From the NCBI GenBank assembly GCA_000320545.1, contig ADNK01000875.1, positions 186,001 through 250,000 of the forward strand: 64,000 nucleotides of DNA, in the 5' to 3' direction. A program made the translations under genes and the position numbers. Positions 51,620 through 64,000 of the stretch are shown piece by piece (the first letter of the stretch is position 1; the number at the start of each line of letters is the position of its first letter). The DNA is from Bigelowiella natans CCMP2755 (Eukaryota > Protista > Cercozoa). The notes beneath the pieces were generated by a model that had not been told where the DNA came from, ran no database searches, and saw only the letters and a list, made by a program, of their open reading frames with translations.

Positions 51620-54068
51620 GGTGAGAGAGAGAGACAAAAAAGTATAGAACAAATAACGCAATGTTACATCACCAAACTTTATTCCACCAACATTTTTCCC
51701 CCTCTGGCTCTCTCTCTGGTTCTCTCTTATTATTTTGCATGCAGCATGCTTTTTCTTGAGGGAGGAAATGAAATCCTCCTCCCTTCCTCCTGCCAATCTT
51801 CTTCTTCTTCTTCTTCTTCTTCTTCTTCGTCGTCGTCCAAGTGTTATTATGTCTGCTTCTCTTGTGTATTACCGTTTGGTGGGAGAGCTGCACTAGCCGG
51901 ATGTTCATGCGGGTGATTTCGTCCAAAATCTGTTGCTTTGCCTCCTCTTTGCGACCCTTATATATATGTTGATGAAGCTATGTCATTGCTATTGCTGTTA
52001 TTATTATTGTGGTAGTTGTGATGCTACTGACGATGAAAATGATAATGATAATGATGATGATGATGACGATGATAACGATGAGAGAGAAATCAAACAATGA
52101 GACAGCTAGCTCCAAGAACTACTACTAGTACTACCACTACTACTACATTCTTGTTCTTACCTTTGCCAAGTTCAGCCTCACATTTTTGTACCTGATAGTT
52201 AATAACACCACACCACGAGCATTTTCACTTCATCGCCATGCATGCTTGGGGACAACAACGATGGCAGCAATGGGATGATGAAGGTGATGATGATGATGAT
52301 GATGAGTATTATGGAGAATTGTGCACATGGGTCGGGTGAATGCCATCTATTTGTGCTGTATAGGCTTAAATCTGATATCTCTCTCCCCCTGCCCCCCTCT
52401 CCTCTCTCTTGCTCTCTCCTTTCTTACCAAAACAGGCTCTTAAACTTGGATTGGTACTTGGCGTCCGCAACATTGATTGTTGGGTCGACATCCAAGATCT
52501 GAGGACCAGCCTCCTCCAGCTGCGTGCATATAATAATAACACACATATATGTCTCAATGCATTATATGCGCCGCTTGCAACAACACCAAAACAACACCAA
52601 CAACAGCACTTTTTTGAAACGATATCACACAGCGAATAAACTTAATGGCATTTTTTGAAACACCCTCTCGTCCCTCCCTCCCCCCCCCCCCCCCCTAAGC
52701 CCCTCCCAATGCGTGTCGTACTGGATGAGTCATCGCTGCGTAGCTGTGTAGTACATATTCGTGCTACCGTATGTTGTTACCTGCTTCAGCCCCCAACATC
52801 GCTTCCCGACCACATCCAGCATCCACTTCAGAAGCTCCTGCAGGAAGAAGAAGAAGAAGAAGAAGATAATGATGATGATAATGATGATGATGTAAGGGGG
52901 GAGTGATTATTCTTACAGCAGTAGGCAGCAACGACACCCTACCTACCTTTTGATCCAGGTCGATACACATGCAGATGACTTTCACGCAAACCTCCAGGCA
53001 CAATTGCACCATTCCCACGGTTTCAGAACTACATGATGATGATAATGATGGTGAGGGGATAGTGAGGGGATGGTGAGGGAGGGGGAGGAGGAGGAGGAGA
53101 AGAAAAAGAAATAGGAAGAGAGAGTATGTAAGATTCAAGGAGGACAGGTGGAGAGAAAACCAGCAGGATTGTTGAGTTTGAAGAAGATTTAAGAAAAGCA
53201 GATAGGAGATGACAATCGAACAACAACAACAACTCACTTAAGAGCCACTCGCTCGGTGATATCGTTTGTGATTGTGTAGATCTCATATCCAACTTCATCC
53301 AGAAGCGCTGATATCAGCTTCGGATCTTGAGACGTACAGAAGGATCTGCAAGGATGATGAAAAGAGAAGACGAAGAATTTAATTCAGGAGAGAAGGAGGA
53401 GGAGGAGGAGGAGGAGGAGGAGGGGAAAACATATCAAGAGCACAAGACAAAGATATGTCCGTTGTATCTCAACACCATAGCCACATCACAGAACGAAGTA
53501 GGAGGATCTTCGTCAGATAGTATTAACGATGAAGATAGCTACAACACGCTTTTTCCAATACTCATATCAACAGCGATTGTAAGACGGTGATGCGTTTATG
53601 CGACATACTATAAATGCTCTTGATATCACGTGTCACACGACAAGAATTCCTTCTGCTATCTATCTTTCTCTCGTTCTTTAATTCCACGCGTGTTGATTAT
53701 ATATTTGCTGCACGTAATGTTCACGACGTGATTTAAGATTAGCTGATGACTACCTAATCTTCAAGGCGCTGGAGTTGAGCATTGCATATGCGGCGCGAAT
53801 GTTGTTGGAAAACTTGTCGCGCAGCTTGTGTCTCATGCTCTTCGATGTCTGCACGAATGTAGTGGTAACGGTCAACAATAAATCAAATATAGTAGTATTA
53901 CTACTACTACTACTACTACTACTACTCTAGTAGTCGTATTATGTAGTAGTAATTGTAGTAGTAGCACACAAACACACTCGCAACAATATACTATTTTGTA
54001 GAGTATATATGCACACGTGTGTCTATTTGTTTGTGTTTGTAAATGCAAGGTTGCTCGATATACGGTAT

Positions 54069-54099
<31 letters not shown>

Positions 54100-55706
54100 G
54101 CTACTATGACCTTGGCCGACTTACGATGACGTTTTGATTTTTGGGTCGAATCTGAAGTGAATTAGCATGATCATGATGACGATGAGGGAACATCGACAAC
54201 TCGTTGCCGCGCTACTGCGAACAATAATACTTGGACGACGAAAGATAGTTGTAGTGGTAGTAGTAGTAGTAGTAGTAGTTGTTGTAGTAGTTCCCAAGGA
54301 TAGATGGAAAATAGGGATTTATTTATCTGCTACTTGTCTTTCTCAACTGAGCCTTACTCCTCCTCTTCCTCCTCCTCCTCCTCCTCCTCCTTCTCGTCTA
54401 CTACTATTTCTACTATTACTACAACTGGTAATACCCCTAAGGCCTATTTCCTCCGAGAGAATCTCTTTGTACTGCCTCTCCAAGAATGAGGGTGAGAAAT
54501 CGTCCTCAACTAATTTGCTGTTGGAAGAGGAAGAGGCAGCTGAAGAACAATTTGTTGGAGGTTTCTTGTCGTTCTTTTTTCTTCTTCTTTTAGTTCTCTC
54601 TCCTTCTAACGCACTGACTGAGAATAATACCCATTCTTCGTCGTCTTCTTCATGTTCTGCCCGCGCATCATCGCGACGTAACTATGTGTGCGAGTAGCAG
54701 CAGCAGCGGGTTGTTGATTGATTTGAGAGTGAGCGAAAAACAGATAGATGAGGGGCGAGGGGGAGGGGGAGAGAGAGAAAGAGGAAGGTCAAGGAGGGTG
54801 AGGAAGCATGCAGCATACTCCTGCTTCGATGGTAGTCTAGGCCCGCCCCGGCTGGAGTCATTCGCCTTGATGATGTAAAGTCCAATCGCAACACAAGCAA
54901 CAATACACAACAACGACGGAGACGATTGAACGACGACGTTGAAGGTGGGCACACCACACACACACACACACAATCGCACGTTCGAATGGAATGGATATAT
55001 AATATTAATCTTGTGTGACTGATGTTGGGTGATGAGCACAACAATAATAGCTAACTAACTAACTAACGGTACCTTGTTAAATTTGATTGTATGGATAAAA
55101 AGGAGCGACTGGGCAAGAGCGTCGGCACCGTAGGCATCGTGTATCTCGCAGTCGGGATTGTCACGCAAATATACTTCCGCAAAGCACAGCGACATGCCTG
55201 AATGATATTAACAGCAGCAGCAGAAGAAGAAGAAGAAGAATGTTGAACAAATAAATCAAGGAAGAAGAACAGGTAAAAAGAAGTGATTTGAGACGGGGGA
55301 GATGCGAGCTTTGTTCTTCATTGAGCTGCTAATTGTCTTCTTCTTCTTCTTCTTCTTCTTCTTCTTCTTCTTTCTTCGTCCTTACGGTTGAGACGCTGCG
55401 ACTCCAGTCCACCCACATGAAACCCTAATGATTTCAGCCAACCATATAAGCAATATCAAAACGCTCCGCACATTGATTCGTCCCTTCTCACCCCCCCTCG
55501 TCTCCCCTTCTGAGCATATGTGCTCATGCTATTCGATATGTATATTTATCGTGTTACCGCTCTGTGAGACGAAGATGCGGAAGGCCTTGGCAAAGTCCAC
55601 TTGGGTGAGATCGATCTTGGCCATATACTCCGCCCGAAGCTCCGAGTGGTAAACGTCCTAATGACAACAAGCCGACGAAATACACACACACACACACACA
55701 CACATA

Positions 55707-55746
<40 letters not shown>

Positions 55747-57113
55747 CAGCAATAACATATAATACTAACAGCATGATAATGTTCACTGATGATAATAATG
55801 ACACCGACGGCGGTAGTTGTTTAGAGGCGCTGCTGCTATTATTATTATTATTACTATTATTATTATTATTAGACGTCCTTCCTTCGGATTGATGCTGCTG
55901 GTCAGCTGTCGTAGCGTATTGTACCTTCTCGTCTCCCGTGGCGAGGTAATCTGCAATCTGCACCTTGTTCATTCTGTCGGAGTACCGAAAGAGGAAGTCT
56001 GCGATCTGCCAAGGCGAGTCCACACCGACACGGAGCAAGTATCTGATGATGACGATGATGATGATGATGGGTGGGAATGAAAAAGATGATGATGAGTCAA
56101 AAATATTGATGATGATAGAAGAGAAAGGCGATGGTGATGATGATCCTGAAGAAGAAGAAGAAGATGATGATGATTGACTACACTGAAACAACATACACAC
56201 AGCCACACACACGCGCGCGCGCACATATGAGTGTGTTTTTGTTTACCTGCAAGCGTATTTGACGGCCTTTCCTTTCAACGTTTTATCTTCTTTGTTGTAG
56301 TATTCGCGAAATTGCTCCAGAGCGCGTTCATACTCCTTCGAGACAGTGATTTTGAGCTCCTTGCGCAAGATTACCGAAGGCCTGCAGCAGGAGCAGCAAC
56401 ACACACACACACACACACATTAGAAAGTCATCATATCGGATCGATGTTAACGTCACGTGAGTGATTTAAGACTAGCGGTGGTTGGAAAGAACGTTTCATC
56501 GATATCATCAGTCTTTTGGCTTCGTTGAAGAAGAACACAGGATAATACGCAAATATTGTAGGCAGTCGGGGTAGGTAAACAGATAGGCAGCAGTCAACCA
56601 ACAACAACTGCTACCGCACCACGATGTGACAAATCGTTTATCTATTTTCATTTGCTGATGTTACGCACTCTCTAAGGACTCTTGCGGGATATTCGAGGCT
56701 GCTGCTGCTGCCGCCATTCTCTTTCATATCAGGAGGAGCGGCGGCCTTTTGAGGAGTGTTGAGGTTTGAATCACCATCACCCTCAAGCCGCAGCTGTTGC
56801 TCTTCTTCCTTCTGACGGAGTTTCAGCTGGTCTCTGATGATGATGGTGCTCTTCTTCTTCTCGCGTATACTTGTCAGCTTGGTAGAGGACGGCGAGGAGG
56901 AGGAGGGGGGGGAGGAATGCGCCGTGGCCTTGCCTTTCTTCCATACCCACCTACGAGAAGAAGAAGAAGAAGAAGAAGAAGAAGAAGAAGATCAAGATGA
57001 AGAAGAAGGGGAAGAGGAAGGCCATGTAGTCAATGCTCCTGATTAGAATAGAGGTCGTAGTAGTAATAGTATAATATTGGGGTGATATAAATGAATAACA
57101 CCGATAGTAGTCT

Positions 57114-57149
<36 letters not shown>

Positions 57150-58256
57150 CCAATAAGCAGTAGGTATGTATGCGTGCATAATATGTGCGGAGGAGGAGGA
57201 GGAGGAGGAGGAGGAGGAGGAGGAGGAGAGAGAGGAGGAAGAAGACGACACCTCAAATATACCCTTCAAACAAAATAGATTACAATATGTACTACTGCCG
57301 CCGCTCGTTCTCTTTTCTTTCTTTATTTTATGTGCCTCCTCTCTTCCTCTCATTATAGTCGTTGTTACGTTCGGTGGGGGTCTTCAGGGTCATTTATCGA
57401 TATTCCTACGCCTTAAGAATTGAAGGGAGGGAGGGGAGGGAAGAGGGAGGAGGAGAAGGAGGAGAAGGCAGAGAAAGATCCTTTACGATGTACACGGACG
57501 GAGTAAAATACTGGGGGATATATCAGGAAAATAATCCGTCATCAACTCACTCACGCACACCACACGCCTATGTATAAATATACAACATTTATAAAGTATG
57601 CTAGCAACATCCCCCCCCCCCCCCCTCAACCTAGGAAGTCCAGCAACTGGTCTATTATTATCCCGAGCACGCCAATCGCTTTTTCTTGCAGCCACTTGAT
57701 CTGTCGTCGTACCATCAATCGCATCACGTTGGGAGCAGCAAGAATATCATTATGTAAGCATCGACTTAACTGCTAACCCCCCCCCCCCTCCCACACATGG
57801 TCATCTACCTACCTGTAGTTGAAATTTGAAGCCTTTTAACGTTGGGCCTGCTGCTCGTCCCTCATCAACTTCCACCTATCACATGCATAAAGAGAGGGGG
57901 GAAAACAGCCTCGATGAATGGCAGTAGACAACAACAACAACAAAAGTGTTCTTGCGAATCAATAGAGGACGCAGATAGATGCTCTTCTTTCCCAGTGTGA
58001 GTTTGTGTGTTTACTACAATGATGATGTTCCTTAACGCTTTGAAGATTGACACCACAGTGCTGCGAAATTAGAAAGAACAAACGAATCATCATCATCATC
58101 ATCATATGATACACGATGAGCAACAACCAACCCACCCGTTGGGCCAATCCAAACGATTATCAAAGTTGTAGTACAAATCAATAAACCTGTGACAGAAAGA
58201 TAGATGGATAGATAGATAGATAGATGATGACGATGATACTGTAAGAGTTGGTAGGG

Positions 58257-58301
<45 letters not shown>

Positions 58302-58450
58302 GTGAGGCGATCGAAGAATTATTATTAATTTTTACTAACGATTATAAAAAGGAGAAGAAGTGGTGGTAGTAGTAGTCGTAACGAGAGGAATCATAACACC
58401 ATTGAAGAACATTACGATTATGTTCTTCGCTATTCTCAGCTTAACGCCTG

Positions 58451-58490
<40 letters not shown>

Positions 58491-59408
58491 ATGGTGTCCT
58501 TCCCCCCCTTGAACCCCCCCCTTTTAACTGTAGCTCACTACTACACTGCGTGTACTTTGCATTAGGAGCTGAAGTGGGAGGAATCGTGATGCCCTTGATG
58601 ACATTCAACAGGATCCTCTTGTCGAGTTGCTGTTGGCGGTATTATTCAGAATGTAGCGTATTATACATGCTTTGTGTGTGTGTCTGTGTGTGTGTGTGTG
58701 TACACTGCAGCAGTTTATTGATTTTTAGTGCTTCTGAAGAGGAGGGCAGAAGGAAGAAGAGGACATAACTTTTAGCATAAGAGGAGGAAGTTAAGTATTG
58801 TGGGAGAAGGCAACGAGAGACTCATTGACTGGTTGACTGACTGCATATAAATAGAGAGGAAAAGAGAAGTAGGAGGAGGGGGAGGAGGAGGAGGAAGAAG
58901 AGAGAAGATGATGCTACCTGCGAGAGAGGCGACTCCAGGAGTGGTAACAAAATGTAATCGAGCATAGTTCCTGAGCAATAATATTGGCACTCAGTTGTTC
59001 GTCCTTCTTCATCATTATCTTCCTCTTCCTCCTCCTCCTCCTCCTCCTTCAACAACAACAACAACAGAGAACAATTATATCACACACCTAGTTCGATCGG
59101 AAGGAAGGCACGGAAGTTCTTATGCAGCATGAGAAAGAGGCTCACAGCGCTCTTGTACTGACGGTGCCACGGCGACGCGCAGAACTCCACCAAACATACG
59201 AAAACGTATCTTCGGATCAAATATCTGTCGGTTTTTGTGTTTGATTGTCGGCGATTGAAGGTAGTATAAGTAGTAGCAGGGTGTAATGGTAAGGGGGGGA
59301 GGGGAGAGAATAGAGAAGAAGAAGAAGAAGAAGAAGTAGAGGGACCGGAAGAGGAAGACGAAACAGAGATGTCATAGGAACAGAAAGAGACAATAGCAAA
59401 CGCATAAC

Positions 59409-59451
<43 letters not shown>

Positions 59452-61277
59452 AAACAGACAGATAGAGAAGTAGTAAGAAGATAAAGAAGACGAAGGGATA
59501 TTACATATATGTATCACACGTAGTTTAACAGAGCAACAACAGTTCTTTCATTTCCTGCAGGATATATGCAACTCGAGAAAGGACGACGACGACTACTACT
59601 ACTACTACTACTATTACCGCCTAGAAGCCTTTGAAGAAATAAAGGCTGAACCAAGCTCTATAATCCTCTGCAGAGGGAGGAAGGAAGCATATGGGGAAGG
59701 GAGAAGGGGGAGGGGAGGGAAGACAAAATAAGTGGTAAATTGCATTTTGATCGTAATAGTAGTAGTGGGCAGTGAAACAACGTTCTTCAGTTAACGTAAG
59801 TACCCTGATATTAATGCATGCTGCTAGCACATCCTTGCCAGTCTGGTCGGCACCGAGGTGCAACCCGACACTATCATCCTTTTTCAGTTCTCCGCCCCTA
59901 GCCTCCTGCTGCTCCTTCTGGGAGATCTGCAGCAGCAGATATGGAACAGCAAGCTCTCACAATATGGAGTTATTTTCAAAATTGGCATGCAAATTAACAA
60001 CTACAGCACTTTTGGATGTAAAGCCCAGGTAAATAGAAACGGAGATGTATAGCAGCCGTAGCACAAACAGAGAATAACGCAATTATAGCAGCAGCAGCAA
60101 TTGCTAGCACAGCTGTCCCTGACCTCGGCTATAGAAGCAGTATGGAAGCTCGTGGCCACGTGTATTCTTTTTGCCAGTAGCATCAGCAATATCATCGCCA
60201 ACTAAAGATTGTCATCAGTTATGCTAGTATCATTACCCATCCCCGGCAGCGGGGTTGATTTTTTATAAAAAGTAAAAAGGTAATATAGAAGGGGGGGTGG
60301 GGGAGGGGGGAGACGGCATCTTCCACTGTGAAAAGAAATCCGATGGCGGCACAACAACAATTATGAAGTTAAAGTAGTTATCGGTGTGAGTGATGGTGGA
60401 AGTTGCTGCTACATTTTAGTGAGATAAGCATTGCTACTGCGTGATGTTGTTGTTGCGTGCAGATTGCTGATAATTCGCAGAGAAAACACAACACCTTTTC
60501 AACGCCCCTCTCTAGGGAAAGATCGACCTGTGAATACACACACGGACAACGGTATAAAAGTGGGGCGGGGGGAGGTTGTATCCCTATCCATGACGGGATG
60601 ATCATCCTCAATCTCAAGAATGGCAGCAGAATGGTGATGATGATGATGATGATGATGATGATAATGATAATGATAGATGAACCGTGCCGTCATCATCGTC
60701 ATCATCATCATCATCATCATCATCATCGATCATCGTCGTTCGTTATTATTATTATTATCATTATAACTATAAGAAGAATATCTGAGTAGTACCGCTGTGG
60801 CCGTGTGCCTTGCTAAATCGAAGGATAACGACTTTTGCGAGAGAAATGCAGATTCCACCCCCATAAGGCTTCGGCTTCTGGTTGATATGGCACCGTAGTA
60901 TTAGTATTATTATTACTATTAGTTGTAGTAGTAGCAGCAGCAGCAGCAGTGAGCTTTCCATAGTTGCGTGCGTCTTGCAATCGAAGCTACTCAAAGCGGC
61001 TCCTCCTCCTCTTCTTTCTTCTTCTACTCTGTTTACTAATTCATACCATCGACATCTTCTGCTATCTAATCGTTTCTCTCCCCTTCCTACTTCTCCCCCC
61101 CCTCCCCCCCCCCTCTCTCCCCGCGCTTCCTCCTCCTCCTCCCCCTCTCTCCTAGCTGACCGACTGACCTCTGCACATGTTGTGCGACTTCGGAGACGAT
61201 GGAAGAGGCAAGTCGGTACCTCTTCGAGCGATATGATGATGATGATGATGACGGCGAAGATAGAGATGACGAAGGTA

Positions 61278-61309
<32 letters not shown>

Positions 61310-62653
61310 GACGATGATGCGGTGGGGGTTGGCTGAGGAGGAGGAAGGGTGGTCGTTGGTGATTCTTTTGAAACCGTTTCGGTCCTGGAGTTATCTTGCA
61401 TAGTATGACTGGGGTTTCCAGCTACCCCCTCTTCTTTCTTCTTCTTCTCTGTTATTTGCTGCTTCTGATCGATTCTCCATAGGCTCGAGCTGTAGCTTGT
61501 CTTCTTATTTTTGAACAGAGACACGGAGGGAAGGGCAGAGGAAGAAGCCGATAACGCCATTAGGTAGTTGCATGGTTAAGTAAGGAGGGGGAGGAAGAGG
61601 AGCGAGAGAGGAGACAGCTTTAGTTTTCTTTAATAACGTGCACAACACCACCGTGCCGAACTGCATTACCTTTGGGGAAATGATCTGAATCTTCCTAATC
61701 TCTTGGCGCACGAACTATAGGAGAAAACGACATTGAAAATAAATCTCGTTATTATTATTATTATTATTAATTTCTAGAAAATGTTGATTGAGGATATAAC
61801 GTGGAACTGATACACTTGCTTGCGAAAAGAACGACAGCGAGACCACAATTTCGAGTTATCAACATCATCGATCAAGCATTAAATCCTTCCCCTTCCTTCT
61901 CCTCGCTGCTGATGATATTCTTCGTTTACCAACACCACTCTGTTTTACACTGTAAGTGGCCTTCGCTGATTAGGTGGTGGTCTACTGCTCACTGACTCAC
62001 TCATCCTCTCACTCACTCTCCCAATTGTCCCTTATTCTTCGTTGCCTGACTAACCTTACCCCTATTATTATTATTATTACTATTTCTGCTACTACTCCTA
62101 TTACAACTACTTTTGCAACTGCAGAGATTGCGCTATTGCTGTCCTTAACAATACTACTCAGGGACTGATCTAGCTTGGTCGAAGGTTTCTGTGTCATCAC
62201 CCATCATCATATCACCCATCATCGTCATCATTAGAAGAGGAAGAGAAGAAGAAGAGGAGGAAAAAGAAGAAGGCAGATCAAGACATAGCACAGCGCAGCG
62301 AGCCTACAACCACCCTCCACACTTTCGGCTACTGTTGCCACATTATATTATTCATTAATTCATATATTTACCAGTATGGCTGCTACTATTATGGCCAACT
62401 TGACACCACACGAACACACACAGAATAACTCACACAAGCACACACGCACACACACACACACACACAGTTTACGACGAAGACGAGGGTCTACAGGGGAATT
62501 GATGGTCGCCCCTTGGACTGGAAGTGTTGAGGAGCGCCGATGATTCTTGGCATCATCGAGTAGTACGTTTGTGCTGCCTAGAGGGAGAAGAAGGGGAAGA
62601 AGAAGTAACATCATATTTTGGACATCCATCATGGAGATGTACCTTTGTACACG

Positions 62654-62687
<34 letters not shown>

Positions 62688-62737
62688 CCAACATGTCTGT
62701 ACACATGCAAATACATACTCCACGCCTGATAACCTGC

Positions 62738-62768
<31 letters not shown>

Positions 62769-63086
62769 CCCCCCCCCCCCCCCCATGAATGCAATCAAAA
62801 CTCACCCTGCTGCTGCTGTTGTTGTAGAGAATCCCGTCCACTTGCTGACTCTACAGAAAGGGGGTCGTCAAGTGATATTGCTCCCAGGAGCATCTAAAGA
62901 GGGGAGAAGAGGAAGGAAGAAGAAGAAGAAGAAGAACAACAACAACAAAGGGGGCAGGCACAAAAAAAGAGCAAAGAACATATGAGCAACCACGCGATGA
63001 GTGACGAATCATCGAAGAATACGAAAAGAATATAAAATAATACTAATGCGGCGACAGGAAAGTCCAGCGTTTCTCACTACAGGGAG

Positions 63087-63128
<42 letters not shown>

Positions 63129-63309
63129 CAAAAGAGCGGTAGTAGTAGTAGTAGTGGTAGCAGTACCTTAGACATCGTTATTGAAGGTAATTGCGTGAAG
63201 AACCGCATCACGGTTTCGCAGAGATAATAGGCAATCTGAGAAGAGGAAAGGTAGTTTCGTTATTTCGATGAAGAGGAAGAAGCAGACAGAGAGCTACATA
63301 TATATCATA

Positions 63310-63346
<37 letters not shown>

Positions 63347-63547
63347 ATAATTGGTACTGAAATCAGAGATATTGCCTCCTCCTTCTTCTTCCACAATGCT
63401 TGCTGCTACTACTACTACTACTAGTACTAGTACTAGTGATACCTCATGCCTGACACTCGGCCCAAACGCTGTTAGGTAGCAAGGAACCTTGACAGTGTAT
63501 TACAAGCACCGACAACACAAGTACAAACCACAACATCTACTTTGTCA

Positions 63548-63580
<33 letters not shown>

Positions 63581-63863
63581 CCAACGACCTACCTACCTAC
63601 ATCGGCTATATACCAAAAGAGAATTTCAGATCATAGTTTATTCTTCCGAGAGGCAGAGAGAGAGAAGGAGAGAGAGAGAGAGAAAGAGAGAAGGGTGTAC
63701 CCTTTCCGCAATCTTGTCGAAAAGGAATAGCTTGAGTTTTAAGGGCAGCACATCTAATGAGCTCATCTTCATAGAGGTCATGACCTAAGATATATCGATG
63801 GTGATGAGAAAGAAAGAAGAATACGACACAAGAACGACACGAGCGGTGGCTCTTATTTCTCCT

Positions 63864-63905
<42 letters not shown>

Positions 63906-64000
63906 TTTATCTAGGGAGGGAGGATTCGATGATATAGGAGGGAGGGAGGAAAGGAGGAGCAACAAACTTATTATTATTATAATTATTATTATTATGATCA
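48067..64000 (-). CDS. Large ArfGEF-like protein (BIG/GBF-type HUS + Sec7 + HDS1-like) ending in PH and atypical FYVE-like zinc finger; dozens of small exons; 5' end probably beyond the window
   Basis: HUS: LIRRYVFVCLVEFCAS...KNFRAFLPIELG-TMLDYILLPLLE and FIDLYYNFDN. Sec7: QIADFLFRYSDRMNKVQIADYL, YMAKIDLTQVDFAKAFRIF, GFHVGGLESQRLNR, FAEVYLRDNP, MMRGQN and FLERQYKEI. PH: RVFIMKEDMLKV...YTFFLFNDILVY and SQKSFTILAP...EKW. FYVE-like: CTLC...CGECGIVVCKSC...VCDSCY. The terminal exon ...TRGKV* is approximate. Confidence 0.8.
48780..64000. repeat. Dense field of intronic simple repeats: (TAG/CTA)n, (GAT/ATC)n, (GAG/CTC)n, (GAA)n, (CAG)n, (CAA)n, (GA)n, (CA)n, poly-C/G
   Basis: Nearly every intron carries one or more arrays; the same holds for ~26.0-33.05 kb and ~36.4-41.2 kb. 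Confidence 0.92.

Noticed and set aside
51480-54160. RhoGEF DH domain upstream of the PH-FYVE tandem
   Set aside because: No DH motifs (ExxxTExxY, PxQRxxxY) were found; the exons fit an HDS1-like helical region better.
26433-63965. Dozens of short ORFs with poly-S/L/H/M/T/CV/ER runs
   Set aside because: They are translations of intronic microsatellites.
1-64000. CRISPR arrays, rRNA, tRNA, telomeric arrays, LTRs or terminal inverted repeats
   Set aside because: None were recognisable by eye; small ncRNAs cannot be excluded without a covariance-model search.

Overview
Eukaryotic nuclear DNA from a ciliated/flagellated protist (GT-AG introns, standard code, CFAP57 present); I cannot assign the taxon from sequence alone. 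Nine protein-coding genes were reconstructed by hand. (1) A 5'-truncated giant (>3,280 aa) FG-GAP + cadherin/Ig-like adhesin. (2) A secreted CREG-family gene with an extra Cys-rich module. (3) A ~2,060 aa NACHT-HEAT (NLR-like STAND) gene. (4) A probable 7TM membrane protein. (5) A long orphan multi-exon gene. (6) A longin R-SNARE. (7) A LENG8/THP3-like SAC3-PCI gene. (8) CFAP57/WDR65. (9) A 5'-truncated large ArfGEF with HUS and Sec7 domains that ends in PH + FYVE-like domains. The most striking signal is non-genic. A LINE retrotransposon remnant (46.5-47.9 kb) has lost almost every TpA dinucleotide: I count 4 in 1,258 nt, all in CTA or CTAG, and the conserved RT motif KYLG reads KCLG. A second tract (14.3-14.9 kb) shows the same signature, with CTAG as the dominant survivor. 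This points to a double-stranded, context-specific TpA->TpG/CpA hypermutation process acting on repeats. It is RIP-like in effect but acts on A:T pairs rather than C:G. Microsatellite expansion is concentrated in the interiors of long genes.
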